DNA of 64,000 nucleotides from an uncultured Flavobacteriaceae bacterium (GTDB lineage: Bacteria > Bacteroidota > Bacteroidia > NS11-12g > UBA955): assembly GCA_964626685.1 (NCBI GenBank), contig CAZVJY010000002.1:128246-192245 (forward strand), in the 5' to 3' direction. Under the pieces are notes generated by a model, which made no database searches, was not told the DNA's origin, and worked only from the letters and a program-made list of their open reading frames with translations. This document shows, in pieces, positions 1 through 10,346 of this stretch (its first letter is position 1; each line of letters opens with the position of its first letter). The position numbers and the translations under genes were made by a program.

Positions 1-386
1 TTGAAGACATTGTCAAGAAGAAAGCTGATGGTGTACCTACCCTGCCCGAGATTGAATATGACCTTCAAATTTCTCTAAGCGATATCAATACCAAAATGCT
101 GAATATCGTAAACCAGATGGCGCCATTTGGTCCGGGCAACATGATTCCGGTTTTCAGAAGCAACAATCTGCATTCCAACGGAACTGCCCGCGTACTAAAA
201 GACAAGCATCTGAAAATGACGTTACACCAGCAAGGTTCAGGTCTTGACAGCATTGGCTTTGGAATGAGTCACCATATCCATACAGTAAGTAACAGACAAG
301 TGTTTAATGCCTGTTATTGCATCGAAGAAAACACATTTAACGGAAGAACCAGCATTCAGCTAAAATTAAAAGACGTAAAGGCCTGA
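1..386 (+). CDS. recJ: single-stranded-DNA-specific exonuclease RecJ, C-terminal fragment (5' end lies outside the window)
   Basis: Frame 3 is open from base 3 to the TGA at 384-386. The translation ...MAPFGPGNMIPVF... resembles the RecJ C-terminal FGxGNPxP region. Confidence 0.5.
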   Translation, partial: EDIVKKKADGVPTLPEIEYDLQISLSDINTKMLNIVNQMAPFGPGNMIPVFRSNNLHSNGTARVLKDKHLKMTLHQQGSGLDSIGFGMSHHIHTVSNRQVFNACYCIEENTFNGRTSIQLKLKDVKA

Positions 387-390
387 TAAA

Positions 391-1152
391 ATGGATATCG
401 AAATAATCATTTCTATTTTGACACTGGTACTGCTGGAAGCGGTACTAGGTATTGACAATGTCATTTTCATCTCCATACTTGCTTCCAAACTGCCTGCTGA
501 ACAACAGCAAAAAGCACGCCGAATAGGTTTAATCCTGGCCGGTGTATTGCGATTGGCCTTGTTAAGCGTCATAACACTTATCATGCAACTTCAGGACCCC
601 CTGTTTACTTTGCTAGAAAAGAGCTTCACAGGTAAAGACCTTATACTGATTTCCGGAGGTCTGTTTCTACTGTACAAAAGTGTTGCTGAAATTTATCACA
701 AAACAGAAGGTGAGTCCGGAGACATTTCATCCAAAATCAAGATTGCAGGCTTTTCTGCCGTGGTTTTTCAAATTCTGTTGATGGATCTTGTGTTTTCCAT
801 TGACTCTATTATTACGGCTATCGGTATGGTAAGTGAACTTTGGGTAATGTACGTGGCTGTAATTTTATCCGTGGTTATGATGCTTTTTGCAGCAGGCCCT
901 ATAAGCAATTTTGTAAACAAACACCCTGCATTCAAAATGCTGGCGCTGGCGTTTCTGCTGCTTATTGGATTTTCTCTGATTGCAGAAGGATGGGGACTGG
1001 AGATTCCCAAAGGATATATTTATTTCGCCATGGCCTTTTCTTTTCTGGTTGATATTCTTCAGATGCGCATGCACAGAAAAACACAACCTCCTGCAGAGCT
1101 CAGGGAACATTATAAACCCGGAGAGGAAAATTTGCCCAAGGATATGATTTAA
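391..1152 (+). CDS. TerC family integral membrane protein
   Basis: 253 aa and multi-TM. The N-terminus carries the LEAVLGIDNVIFISI hallmark of TerC/YkoY-type proteins. Confidence 0.8.
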   Translation: MDIEIIISILTLVLLEAVLGIDNVIFISILASKLPAEQQQKARRIGLILAGVLRLALLSVITLIMQLQDPLFTLLEKSFTGKDLILISGGLFLLYKSVAEIYHKTEGESGDISSKIKIAGFSAVVFQILLMDLVFSIDSIITAIGMVSELWVMYVAVILSVVMMLFAAGPISNFVNKHPAFKMLALAFLLLIGFSLIAEGWGLEIPKGYIYFAMAFSFLVDILQMRMHRKTQPPAELREHYKPGEENLPKDMI

Positions 1153-2430
1153 ATGATAAATTGCGGCATGCAGCGCCGCGATTTTCTTTCAGGTTCTCTG
1201 GCTCTTGCCGGATCTGCCCTTGTAATTCCCAAATTAACGGCCGATGAACTACCCACGCCACCCATATTGGGCAGCGGCGTAACAGATGAAAACTACTGGA
1301 GTACGGTGAGGTCTTTTTTTACCAGACCAGATGGTTTTATTAACCTGGAAAACGGCTATTTCAGCCATCAGCCTGCTTCCACCCTTGCGTTTCACCAGCA
1401 TCGGGAAAAGGACATTAACACGCGAACCAGTTTTTTTATGCGCCGCGAACAACAACCTGCCATCGAGAATGCGAGAACGGCACTGGGGGCATTTTTGAAA
1501 TGCAACCCGGAAGAACTCGCGCTGGTGCGCAATACCACTGAGGCCATGAATATTGTTATCATGGGCTTTCCATGGAAGAAAGGAGATGAAGTGGTGCTGG
1601 GGAATCAGGACTATGGCAGCATGACAGAAGCTTTTCAGCAGGCGGCCAAACGATTCGGCATTGTGTTAAAATATGCACGGATACCGTTAAAACCCGGCAA
1701 TGACGGGGAAGTCATTGAAGCCTACACCGGTTTGTTTACCCGAAAAACCCGAATGGTTCACCTTACTCACATGATTAACCTTTCAGGGCAGGTAATTCCG
1801 GTTGCTAAAATTGCTTCTGAAGCACGAAAACAAAGAATTTCGGTTGCAGTTGATTCGGCGCATGCATTTGCCCAGCTTGAATTTGGCATTGAAGATCTTC
1901 AGGCAGATTTTGTAGGTGCCAGCCTGCACAAATGGCTTTGCAATCCGCTTGGTTCAGGCTGTTTGTGGATGAGAAAGGAACTCATACATAAAATTTGGCC
2001 ACTCATGGGAGACAACACGCAGGCATCAGACAATATAAGGCGATTTGAACACGTCGGAACCCGGCCCATCCAAACATTACAGTGCATTCCGGATTCCATC
2101 GCATTTCACAACAAAATAGGAGGCGAACTTAAAGAAAAGAGACTGCGCTATATGATGCAATACTGGACAACAAAGGTGACCCGACTTCCTAAAATACAAT
2201 TAAACACTCCTTGGGAAGATGCAGCACGTTGTGGCGCCATTGCCAACGTGGCTATTGATGGCTTCACTCCCACCAAACTTGCAGAAATCCTGTTTTCAAA
2301 GTATAGGATTTTTAGCGTAGCGATTGAGCACCCAGCCATCAATGGTGTCCGTATCACCCCGCATTTAAGCAACACCATGGAGGACCTGGATGCGCTGGTA
2401 AATGCGCTCAGTGAGATATCATCCGGCTGA
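1153..2430 (+). CDS. aminotransferase class V-fold PLP-dependent enzyme with twin-arginine (Tat) signal
   Basis: 425 aa. The N-terminus MQRRDFLSGSLALAGSAL is a Tat motif. An internal SLHKW region looks like the PLP-lysine site. Overall it resembles isopenicillin-N-epimerase or cysteine-desulfurase-like enzymes. The real start is probably the second Met at 1168. Confidence 0.7.
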   Translation: MINCGMQRRDFLSGSLALAGSALVIPKLTADELPTPPILGSGVTDENYWSTVRSFFTRPDGFINLENGYFSHQPASTLAFHQHREKDINTRTSFFMRREQQPAIENARTALGAFLKCNPEELALVRNTTEAMNIVIMGFPWKKGDEVVLGNQDYGSMTEAFQQAAKRFGIVLKYARIPLKPGNDGEVIEAYTGLFTRKTRMVHLTHMINLSGQVIPVAKIASEARKQRISVAVDSAHAFAQLEFGIEDLQADFVGASLHKWLCNPLGSGCLWMRKELIHKIWPLMGDNTQASDNIRRFEHVGTRPIQTLQCIPDSIAFHNKIGGELKEKRLRYMMQYWTTKVTRLPKIQLNTPWEDAARCGAIANVAIDGFTPTKLAEILFSKYRIFSVAIEHPAINGVRITPHLSNTMEDLDALVNALSEISSG

Positions 2431-2482
2431 TTGACCTGTATCATCTGGTATAAAACGGTTTAGTCACTTCTTTGCAGCAATC

Positions 2483-3289
2483 ATGAAAGTTGCTCAAAAA
2501 ACCATTGCCGTTACCGGCGCCGGGAATGGCATTGGCAGGGCACTCACCCTGCATTTACTGGATAAAGGCGCACGCGTCGCTTGTATAGACAAAGACGAAG
2601 AAGGCCTGCATAAAACCGAAATGGAGGCGGGATCACTGGCAGTAAGATTATCCTGCCATGCCGTGGATATTACCAAAACAGATGCGCTGCCGAGCCTGAT
2701 GAGTCAAATTCTGCACCAACATGGTTGCATCGACGGCCTTATCAACAACGCAGGTGTTATCCAAACCTTTACAACCGTCAAGAATACGGAAATGAAAGAA
2801 ATAGAAAGGGTAATGAATACTAACTTCTATGGCACCGTGCATATGATTAAGGAATTTCTGCCTCACCTGCTTCCCCGCAAGGAGGCGCATATAGTCAACG
2901 TATGCAGTATGGGGGCATTTGTGCCTGTTCCGGGCCAAGTATTTTACGGAGCTTCCAAAGCGGCAGTAAAACTGCTTTCTGAAGGTTTGCACTCTGAACT
3001 CAAAAACTCCGGTATAGGTGTGTCTGTCGCATTTCCCGGTGCGGTTGCAACAGAGATAACGCTGCATTCTGGGGTTACGCCGCCCAATATACCTCAGTCC
3101 AAATTGAAGAATTATGCGCGAAGCGAACCAAAGACCGTTGCTGAAGCCATAGTGAAGGGCATTGAAAAAAACGCATATCATGTATTTATCGGCAGCGATT
3201 CAAAATGGATGAATACACTGTACCGATTGAACCCGGAACTGGCCGCAAATATGATTCAGCGAAAAATGCGAGATCTTTTGAATCTGTAA
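2483..3289 (+). CDS. SDR family oxidoreductase
   Basis: TGAGNGIGRA Rossmann motif, NNAG, and a YGASKAA catalytic Tyr/Lys. Confidence 0.85.
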   Translation: MKVAQKTIAVTGAGNGIGRALTLHLLDKGARVACIDKDEEGLHKTEMEAGSLAVRLSCHAVDITKTDALPSLMSQILHQHGCIDGLINNAGVIQTFTTVKNTEMKEIERVMNTNFYGTVHMIKEFLPHLLPRKEAHIVNVCSMGAFVPVPGQVFYGASKAAVKLLSEGLHSELKNSGIGVSVAFPGAVATEITLHSGVTPPNIPQSKLKNYARSEPKTVAEAIVKGIEKNAYHVFIGSDSKWMNTLYRLNPELAANMIQRKMRDLLNL

Positions 3290-3295
3290 CTACAA

Positions 3296-4762
3296 CTACC
3301 TCGCTTTAATAAACACACGAACATCGTAGTTGGTATCTTTGGCAGGAAAATGGGCCAGTTCTCTATATTGCGTCATTATACGCATATCCGACAAAGTCAT
3401 TGGCGCGTCCCTCCGGGCGTGAAAGTTATCCCATAACACCACACAGCTGTCGGGCATCCAGTCTTGTCCTGGCCGCTTATCAATACTCCATATGTAAAAC
3501 GTTTTGGCAACTTCCGGCTTTGCCCAGGGATCCAGTCCCTGCTGAGCGTTTAGCCAGGGCATTTGATGCAATATCACCTTGTTGTTTAAACCCTGCTCAT
3601 GTATAAATTTTGTTGCCGCATCCACTTGAGGCACGCCAGGAAAAGCAGCAACCGAAGGAACCGACTGCCAGGGATAAGGGGTTTTACTCCCTGTATAGCT
3701 TCCTATTACCGATAAAACAGTGACTAAAGCAATAAATAGACGCCTGACCGCTTTAACCTCTACCGACAAAAGTTTATCCGATGCATACTGTGCAAGTAAC
3801 GCCGTTAGTGGTGCAGTAAGTAAAAAAACCCTGAGCAAACCATGAGAACCAAAAGATCCTTTATACCAAATCCATGAATGAGCAAGAAAAAAAGCAAGAA
3901 ACATGGGCGCTACCAACCAAAAACAAAACCGGCTTTTTTCTTCGGGTGTTTTTCTTTGAACCAGGTACACAACATGTGCGAGTAACCAAGCCAGAGCCAG
4001 GGTTGACAAGGCTGTTACGGCTATTCCCCATATCTGCCGCTGTGCATGTAAATAATGCAAAAAGTCGCCATGACCAATTTGAAAACGGTTATCGATTTCA
4101 GCCTTAAAATAAGGATTATGTGTAAGTATCCAAAACGGATCTCCTGAATAAACAGCCCCTGCCAAACTCAACAGAAGGAAACCCGAAAATAACCACATCA
4201 AAGGTTTCCATCGACTCCGGATTACAAAAAACAAGAGTACAACCACCCACAGAATTATTCCTTCAGAACGAAAAAAAGGAAATAGCGAAACGAGAATAGC
4301 TGCAGGCACATACCGCAGTGATGCAAGCCAGTAAAGGGCGAGACAAAGCACCAATGCATTCAAAGGCTCGGTAAGCGCACTAATAATATTACCAAAAACG
4401 ACGGGCTGAAACAAAAAAAACAAGGATGCCAGCCAGGGCATTTTAAAATTCAGACGCCTGGAGGTCAGAAACATTAGCCATCCACCGCCTGCCAGGCACA
4501 GGATATTCATCACATAAATACCTGCTATACCAAATTGCGCAAAAGGAACAGCAATAAGCGTAAAAAAAGGCTTTCCCCACTGATCCGCAAACAATTCAGT
4601 ATGTATGGGGGCATATCGCGCATACAGATAATGATTCCAGCTATCCTGTCCTCCTGCAGGCCATTCTGCCCTATACCAAAACAGCAACTGAAGCACCACT
4701 GCCAATGCAATAAACAAAAACGCTATCACCGCATTTTGTGAATTGTTACGCAGGACTTTCAT
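3296..4762 (-). CDS. polytopic membrane protein, GT-C-like glycosyltransferase (ArnT/PMT-like) candidate
   Basis: 488 aa with about 11 predicted TM helices. The first loop reads GGQDSWNHY, which is acidic and resembles GT-C loops. A C-terminal soluble domain follows. I did not recognise a specific family. Confidence 0.4.
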   Translation of the reverse strand: MKVLRNNSQNAVIAFLFIALAVVLQLLFWYRAEWPAGGQDSWNHYLYARYAPIHTELFADQWGKPFFTLIAVPFAQFGIAGIYVMNILCLAGGGWLMFLTSRRLNFKMPWLASLFFLFQPVVFGNIISALTEPLNALVLCLALYWLASLRYVPAAILVSLFPFFRSEGIILWVVVLLFFVIRSRWKPLMWLFSGFLLLSLAGAVYSGDPFWILTHNPYFKAEIDNRFQIGHGDFLHYLHAQRQIWGIAVTALSTLALAWLLAHVVYLVQRKTPEEKSRFCFWLVAPMFLAFFLAHSWIWYKGSFGSHGLLRVFLLTAPLTALLAQYASDKLLSVEVKAVRRLFIALVTVLSVIGSYTGSKTPYPWQSVPSVAAFPGVPQVDAATKFIHEQGLNNKVILHQMPWLNAQQGLDPWAKPEVAKTFYIWSIDKRPGQDWMPDSCVVLWDNFHARRDAPMTLSDMRIMTQYRELAHFPAKDTNYDVRVFIKAR

Positions 4763-4851
4763 TTCACCTGCAATTAATACAATTTGTTTGATAAAAATCA
4801 GGAAACACCTGTAAAATCAGGTTAAAAATAAAATGGTTATGGTTTTTAACC

Positions 4852-5952
4852 TTAGTAGGTGCTGTGCACCAGCATCATATCCTGGATACGTTTTTCAGCC
4901 AGTTTAATGGCCGCCTGCTGGTTGTTTACGTTTTGGTTATCTGCCAGGGTGTAAATATCCAAAATGGTCTTGTAGATATTTTCTGCCTGTGCCATGGCCT
5001 GCTCACGCACATATCCTGTGTATTCGCTGTAAACGTTAATCAAACCGCCTGCGTTAATCACAAAGTCTGGCGCGTACACAATACCCTTGGCTTTCAGTAA
5101 ATCACCGTGAATCTTCTCATCTTCGAGCTGATTATTGGCGGCACCTGCCACCACCTGACACTTCAAACGCGGAATGGTATTATCGTTGAGGATTGCACCC
5201 AAAGCGCAGGGAGCAAAAACATCCACGTCCAGATCATACATATCGTCGCCACTCACAGGGATGGCGCCCATTTCTGAAGCTTGCTTCAAGGCAGCTTCAT
5301 TGATGTCAGCAACATAAAGCTTTGCGCCCTCTTTTTTCAAATGCTCCAGCAAATGCATACCTACTTTACCGATACCTTGTACCGCCACGCTTTTACCGCT
5401 GAGACTGTCGTTGCCCCAAGCTTTTTGGGCAGACGCCTTGATTCCCATATAGGTTCCGAAAGCTGTTACCGGTGAAGGATCACCGCCACCGCCCATAGAT
5501 TCAGGCAAACCCACCACGTGGTCTGTCTCCATATTCACGTATTCCATGTCGCGTGTGGTGGTTCCCACATCTTCTGCCGTAATGTATTTGCCGTTCAGGT
5601 TTTCTACAAAACGTCCAAACTTACGCATAAGTGCTTCACTTTTTGCCGTTTTGGGATCGCCGATAATTACTGCTTTAGCACCTCCCAGGTTAAGACCGGC
5701 AACCGAAGCTTTGTAAGTCATGCCGCGGCTAAGACGAAGTGCATCGCGAACCGCATCTTTTTCGTTGGCATAAGTCCACATGCGTGTACCTCCAAGACCC
5801 GGTCCCAGGACCGTGTTATGAATGGCAATGATGGCCTTAAGGCCTGTGGCATTATCCTGACAAAAAACGATTTGCTCGTGTTGGGTAGATTCAAGCCCTG
5901 CGAAAAGATCAAAGACCGTAGCGGGCATATTCATGGTTTGAATATCAGCCAT
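4852..5952 (-). CDS. leucine dehydrogenase (Glu/Leu/Phe/Val dehydrogenase family)
   Basis: 366 aa. QIVFCQDNATGLKAIIAIHNTVLGPGLGGTRMW and GLNLGGAKAVIIGDP closely track Bacillus leucine dehydrogenase. Confidence 0.8.
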   Translation of the reverse strand: MADIQTMNMPATVFDLFAGLESTQHEQIVFCQDNATGLKAIIAIHNTVLGPGLGGTRMWTYANEKDAVRDALRLSRGMTYKASVAGLNLGGAKAVIIGDPKTAKSEALMRKFGRFVENLNGKYITAEDVGTTTRDMEYVNMETDHVVGLPESMGGGGDPSPVTAFGTYMGIKASAQKAWGNDSLSGKSVAVQGIGKVGMHLLEHLKKEGAKLYVADINEAALKQASEMGAIPVSGDDMYDLDVDVFAPCALGAILNDNTIPRLKCQVVAGAANNQLEDEKIHGDLLKAKGIVYAPDFVINAGGLINVYSEYTGYVREQAMAQAENIYKTILDIYTLADNQNVNNQQAAIKLAEKRIQDMMLVHSTY

Positions 5953-6011
5953 TTTTTAATGAGTTTGCAAAGGTACGACTAAATGAATGAAAAAAATGAA
6001 GGTTTTGCCAC

Positions 6012-7028
6012 TTAAGGTGCGGATAGCACCGGAAGTTCGCGGGGCTTATACTTTGCGGCTGCATCGGAAATGGCTTTGATGTGTTCTGGAGTAGTGCCGC
6101 AGCATCCACCCACTACATTCACCCATCCTTCCTTGCACCAGCTTTCCAGCACCGCCGCCATTCCTTCGGGTGTATCGTCATATTCGCCAAATTCATTTGG
6201 CAAGCCCGCATTGGGATAGCAACTCACATTGATCCATGACACCCTGCTGAGCTCCTGAATGTAAGGACGCATCTGTTCGGCACCCAGGGCGCAATTAAAT
6301 CCTACAGAAATGATATCGCCGTGGGAAACAGAATTCCAGAAAGCTTCAGGCGTTTGCCCGCTTAATGTGCGTCCTGAATTGTCTGTAATGGTTCCGCTTA
6401 CCATAACCGGAATGTCAGAATTCAACTCCTCTTTCAATTCGTTGATAGCAAACAACGCCGCTTTGCAATTGAGGGTATCAAAAACCGTTTCTACCAGCAA
6501 TAAATCGCACCCTGCCTCCATAAGAGCCTGCACCTGTTCACGGTATGCCAACCTCAAATCATCGAAACTTACAGCTCTGTAACCGGGATTATTCACATCC
6601 GGACTGAGGCTCGCTGTGCGGTTGGTGGGACCTATGGAACCTGCGACAAATCTCGGCTTGTCCGGATTAATCAAAGTGTATTCATCTGCTGCTTTCCGGG
6701 CCAGCTTGGTTGCTTCCACGTTCAGTTCCCAAACCAGATTCTCCATATGATAATCAGCCATGGAAATGGAATTGGCACTAAATGTATTGGTTTCCAAAAT
6801 ATCGGCACCCGCCTCGAGAAACGCGCGGTGAATATCCAGAATAATTTGCGGCTGGGTAAGCACCAGCAGATCATTATTGCCTTTCAGTGAATGTGCATAA
6901 TCGCTGAAGCGGTCACCACGGTAATCCTCCTCAGTCAGTTTATGCTTTTGAATCATGGTACCCATGGCACCGTCAATAATCAGTATGCGCTCACTAAGAA
7001 GCTTATTTATGGTAGTTGAAACACTCAT
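6012..7028 (-). CDS. homocysteine S-methyltransferase domain protein (MmuM / MetH N-terminal domain-like)
   Basis: 338 aa. It begins [12 protein letters not shown] and ends with the [11 protein letters not shown] zinc-binding Cys pair. Confidence 0.8.
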   Translation of the reverse strand: MSVSTTINKLLSERILIIDGAMGTMIQKHKLTEEDYRGDRFSDYAHSLKGNNDLLVLTQPQIILDIHRAFLEAGADILETNTFSANSISMADYHMENLVWELNVEATKLARKAADEYTLINPDKPRFVAGSIGPTNRTASLSPDVNNPGYRAVSFDDLRLAYREQVQALMEAGCDLLLVETVFDTLNCKAALFAINELKEELNSDIPVMVSGTITDNSGRTLSGQTPEAFWNSVSHGDIISVGFNCALGAEQMRPYIQELSRVSWINVSCYPNAGLPNEFGEYDDTPEGMAAVLESWCKEGWVNVVGGCCGTTPEHIKAISDAAAKYKPRELPVLSAP

Positions 7029-7939
7029 TTTACAAAAGGTTTTAAGAAGTAAAACATGGCACGGAAAGTCTGGTTTAGATACTCCCGTGATTTTATGCGG
7101 TTATTTTTATCGAGCATCCGCTCCACATCCGATACACTGTACTTCAATCCGGCCTTGCTAAACAAATGAAGAGGCGAAAGTGTCCGTTTGTTTCTGGCGG
7201 AATCCGTATAATAAAACTGCACATATTCACCCGATAACTGCGCACCATGGCCTGCATTTTTCTGCCAAAAAACAATCTGACAGTCCTTATCATACAAATG
7301 CTGCAGTGGTGCCACATTGTAAATACTACTGTCCTTTCGGGTAAAAACAGCCCTCAGCGCCTGCTCAGCAAAGGCAACATCTTCAGAGGTATCTGAAGGA
7401 ATATAAAAAACACAGGCCTTGTGCTTATAGGCAAAATACAGGTTTCTTGTTTTGGATTTCACATAGGTAAAATCTTCTTTATTAACCGGTGCTTCTATGA
7501 GATCTGCCGGTACATTATCCCTGCAAAATGTATTGAGTTTTTCTTCAGATGTCACAGTAAGCCCTGCATACCATCCTTTATCATCCGAGAAGAGCACGAT
7601 ATCCGTCATCAGGTATATACCGGGCTGCCCTGCATCTTTCACGTTGTGCAACACCGGAAGTTTCAACAGGGTGTAATAAAAACTATCGTAATATATGGGA
7701 CGACTGTCAGCTGATTTTCTGGCAGCCTCATCCACGCTTCTGCTCTGAAAGTGATAGAACCAGTTTGCATCTTTGGGAACAATTAGCGGAAGGTTACTTC
7801 GGGAATGAACACCGTATGCCAGATAAACTGCTACCACTGCCGCTGTCACAAGCGTTACGACAATCAACGTAATAACCCTTCGGCGAAATCCTTTATCCTT
7901 TTGCATAACTACTGCAAAATAACATGCAGATGAACGCAT
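7025..7939 (-). CDS. hypothetical membrane-anchored protein
   Basis: 304 aa with a single N-terminal TM helix ([24 protein letters not shown]). The start may be the internal Met near 7906. Its stop overlaps the downstream homocysteine methyltransferase domain gene start by 4 nt (ATGA). No recognisable domain. Confidence 0.45.
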   Translation of the reverse strand: MRSSACYFAVVMQKDKGFRRRVITLIVVTLVTAAVVAVYLAYGVHSRSNLPLIVPKDANWFYHFQSRSVDEAARKSADSRPIYYDSFYYTLLKLPVLHNVKDAGQPGIYLMTDIVLFSDDKGWYAGLTVTSEEKLNTFCRDNVPADLIEAPVNKEDFTYVKSKTRNLYFAYKHKACVFYIPSDTSEDVAFAEQALRAVFTRKDSSIYNVAPLQHLYDKDCQIVFWQKNAGHGAQLSGEYVQFYYTDSARNKRTLSPLHLFSKAGLKYSVSDVERMLDKNNRIKSREYLNQTFRAMFYFLKPFVK

Positions 7940-7940
7940 A

Positions 7941-7975
7941 AAAAAGAAAAGGCCACCCGAAGGCAGCCTTTTTTT
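7941..7975 (-). terminator. putative intrinsic (bidirectional) terminator downstream of the Cys-rich gene
   Basis: GGCCACCCGAAGGCAGCC is an imperfect hairpin with a CGAA loop. It is flanked by an A-run on the 5' side and a T7 run on the 3' side. Confidence 0.4.
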
Positions 7976-7992
7976 ACGGGTTAAAAATAAAA

Positions 7993-8367
7993 TTAGTTTT
8001 CAGATTTCTTGCAGCAAGGCTTTGCGCAGGATTTTTTCTCACCACCTGCAGCGGCCTCATGACCCTTGCAACCGGCAGCGGCTGTAGCTTTATCCTTGCA
8101 GCAAGATTTGGTTGCAGGAGCAGCAGCAGCTGTCTTTGCTTTGCAGCAAGATTTGGTTGCAGCTGTTCCACTGCATGATTTTGCAGCTCCGGCACACTGT
8201 TTCTTTTCGGTAGCCTGAAGAGGGGTGGCCTTTTCAGCGGCAGATGCATCCTGACTTACCTCAGCTGCGGTTACAGCTGTTACGGTTACTGACGGAGTTG
8301 ACGTTTGGGCTTTGGCAGCCATTTGAACTCCAAAGGCGCACACAGCAAGAATGATTATCTTTTTCAT
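7993..8367 (-). CDS. small secreted Cys/Lys/Ala-rich repeat protein (putative metal-binding)
   Basis: 124 aa. Signal peptide MKKIIILAVCAFGVQMAAKAQ. The mature part holds 11 Cys in about 65 residues, arranged in KSCCK / KPCCK motifs separated by poly-Ala. Confidence 0.55.
   Translation of the reverse strand: MKKIIILAVCAFGVQMAAKAQTSTPSVTVTAVTAAEVSQDASAAEKATPLQATEKKQCAGAAKSCSGTAATKSCCKAKTAAAAPATKSCCKDKATAAAGCKGHEAAAGGEKKSCAKPCCKKSEN
8096..8162. repeat. 45-nt in-frame tandem repeat inside the Cys-rich gene
   Basis: TTGCAGCAAGATTTGGTTGCAG occurs at 8096-8117 and again at 8141-8162. It encodes the repeated TKSCCK(A/D)K units. Confidence 0.7.
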
Positions 8368-8408
8368 ATTCTGATTGTTTAATTGTTTCTAATACAAATT
8401 TACTAAAG

Positions 8409-9062
8409 TCATGCCAAACTTGCAAGTACGGTTTCTCCGCCGATGGTTTTTTGACCCAAACTGACATTTACCTTACAGTCTGTCGGCAAAAAAAGATCTA
8501 TTCTGCTTCCAAATTTAATAAAACCATATTCCGCACCCTGATTCGCCATATCACCTTCACTGGCGTAGCAGACAATACGACGGGCCAGCGCACCTGCAAT
8601 CTGCCTGAACAAAATCTGTGTTTTGGGATTTTCTACCACCACGGTGGTGCGCTCATTTTCCGTGCTGCTTTTGGGATGCCAGGCAACCAGGTATTTTCCG
8701 GGATAATATCGCTGGTATACCACCTTACCTGAAATAGGATATCGATTCACATGCACATTCAAAGGAGACATAAAAATACTGATTTGCTTACGCTTCCCTT
8801 TAAAGAATTCAGGCTCCTCAACATCTTCAATCACAACCACTTTTCCGTCGGCCGGAGCGATAATGTTATTTTCGCTGACTGGAGTTGTGCGGGACGGGTT
8901 TCTGAAAAACTGCAGAATAAGCACATAGAAAACCAATGACAATATCAGCAAGGCGCGTGAAATCCAGCCATCTCCCAGCCACTCATAAAGTCCAAAATTC
9001 AGTCCTCCCAGAATCAGGGTAGAAAACAGAATGATCTTGAATCCTTCTCTGTGAAAAATCAT
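8409..9062 (-). CDS. psd: phosphatidylserine decarboxylase proenzyme
   Basis: 217 aa with an N-terminal membrane anchor. A C-terminal FGSRIDLFLP region resembles the Psd self-cleavage GS(T) site. The size matches short Bacteroidota Psd. Confidence 0.65.
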   Translation of the reverse strand: MIFHREGFKIILFSTLILGGLNFGLYEWLGDGWISRALLILSLVFYVLILQFFRNPSRTTPVSENNIIAPADGKVVVIEDVEEPEFFKGKRKQISIFMSPLNVHVNRYPISGKVVYQRYYPGKYLVAWHPKSSTENERTTVVVENPKTQILFRQIAGALARRIVCYASEGDMANQGAEYGFIKFGSRIDLFLPTDCKVNVSLGQKTIGGETVLASLA

Positions 9063-9071
9063 GTGTTATTG

Positions 9072-10346
9072 TTAGAAGGATCCCCTTAGTTTCAGCGTGC
9101 TGGCTACTTTGTCAATAGCCACGATGTAAGCGGCGATACGCATATTTACCTTGTATTTTTCAGAGGCGGCATAAACATTGTCAAAAGCCATTTTCATGAC
9201 TCTGTCTGCACGGCGATGAACGCGCTCTTCGGTCCAATAGTATCCCAGACGATTCTGTACCCACTCAAAGTAACTTACGGTCACACCACCGGCATTCGCT
9301 AGGATATCGGGAACCACAAGTACTCCTTTGGCATTGAGTATCGGATCGGCATCTGCGGTAGTAGGGCCATTTGCACCTTCCACAATAAGTTTTGCCTTAA
9401 TGTCCGCCGCATTTTCTGCTGTTATCTGATCTTCCATGGCAGCTGGTACAAGCACATCGCAGGGGAGTGTAAGCAACTCTGCGTTGGAAACCTTAGAACC
9501 TGCGGTAAAACCTTCCAGGCTTCTTGATGGGCTATTTGCCACATAGGCTATGGCAGCCTCAACATCGATGCCATCGGGATTGTAATATCCGCCGCTGATA
9601 TCTGAAATACCTACAATTTTCACACCCAGCTTGGATATGAGTTTAGCCGAAATACTTCCCACATTACCAAAACCCTGCACCACACAGGTGGCGTCGGTGG
9701 GCTTCATTCCCAGTTTGGCCAATGCGCTGCGTGTACTTACCATAACACCGCGGCCGGTAGCTTCTACCCTACCCTGGCTTCCACCCAGCACAAGCGGCTT
9801 GCCGGTTATCACACCCCAGCTGTTTTGCCCGCGAATTTTGCTAAATTCATCAAGTATCCAGGCCATTTCCTGCTGACCGGTACCCATGTCGGGTGCCGGA
9901 ATATCTTTATCTTCGCCAAAAACATCTTTCATAGCGAGGGTATACCCACGTGTAAGACGTTCCAGTTCTCCTTTGCTCATGCTGCGGGGATCGCACTTGA
10001 TTCCGCCTTTTGCACCACCATAAGGAATATTTACCACAGCGCACTTCCATGTCATCCAGGCTGCAAGCGCCTTCACTTCATCCAGGTGCACATCCATACT
10101 GTAGCGAATACCGCCTTTACTGGGCCCCAGATGCACACTGTGAACCACGCGATAGCCTTCATAAACCCTTATGGTGCCATCATCCATGGTAACCGGAATA
10201 TTCACTATTACTGCTTTATCAGGCACTTTTAGCACACTGGCGAAATGATCGTCCAACCCTAAAATATTCACTGCCTCATTGAAACGGCTCATCATACTCT
10301 CCAGTGGATTATACTGGGGAGCTCCTTTGCTGCTGATGTCTGTCAT
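9072..10346 (-). CDS. gdhA: glutamate dehydrogenase
   Basis: 424 aa. KGGIRY and GGAKGG motifs, plus a GFGNVG Rossmann motif. Confidence 0.85.
   Translation of the reverse strand: MTDISSKGAPQYNPLESMMSRFNEAVNILGLDDHFASVLKVPDKAVIVNIPVTMDDGTIRVYEGYRVVHSVHLGPSKGGIRYSMDVHLDEVKALAAWMTWKCAVVNIPYGGAKGGIKCDPRSMSKGELERLTRGYTLAMKDVFGEDKDIPAPDMGTGQQEMAWILDEFSKIRGQNSWGVITGKPLVLGGSQGRVEATGRGVMVSTRSALAKLGMKPTDATCVVQGFGNVGSISAKLISKLGVKIVGISDISGGYYNPDGIDVEAAIAYVANSPSRSLEGFTAGSKVSNAELLTLPCDVLVPAAMEDQITAENAADIKAKLIVEGANGPTTADADPILNAKGVLVVPDILANAGGVTVSYFEWVQNRLGYYWTEERVHRRADRVMKMAFDNVYAASEKYKVNMRIAAYIVAIDKVASTLKLRGSF

Noticed and set aside
386-391. Possible yybP-ykoY (Mn2+) riboswitch upstream of the TerC gene
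   Set aside because: Only 4 nt separate the recJ stop from the TerC start. There is no room for a riboswitch leader.
2648-3181. 177-aa minus-strand ORF inside the SDR gene
   Set aside because: It is antisense to a gene with a clear Rossmann motif and catalytic tetrad.
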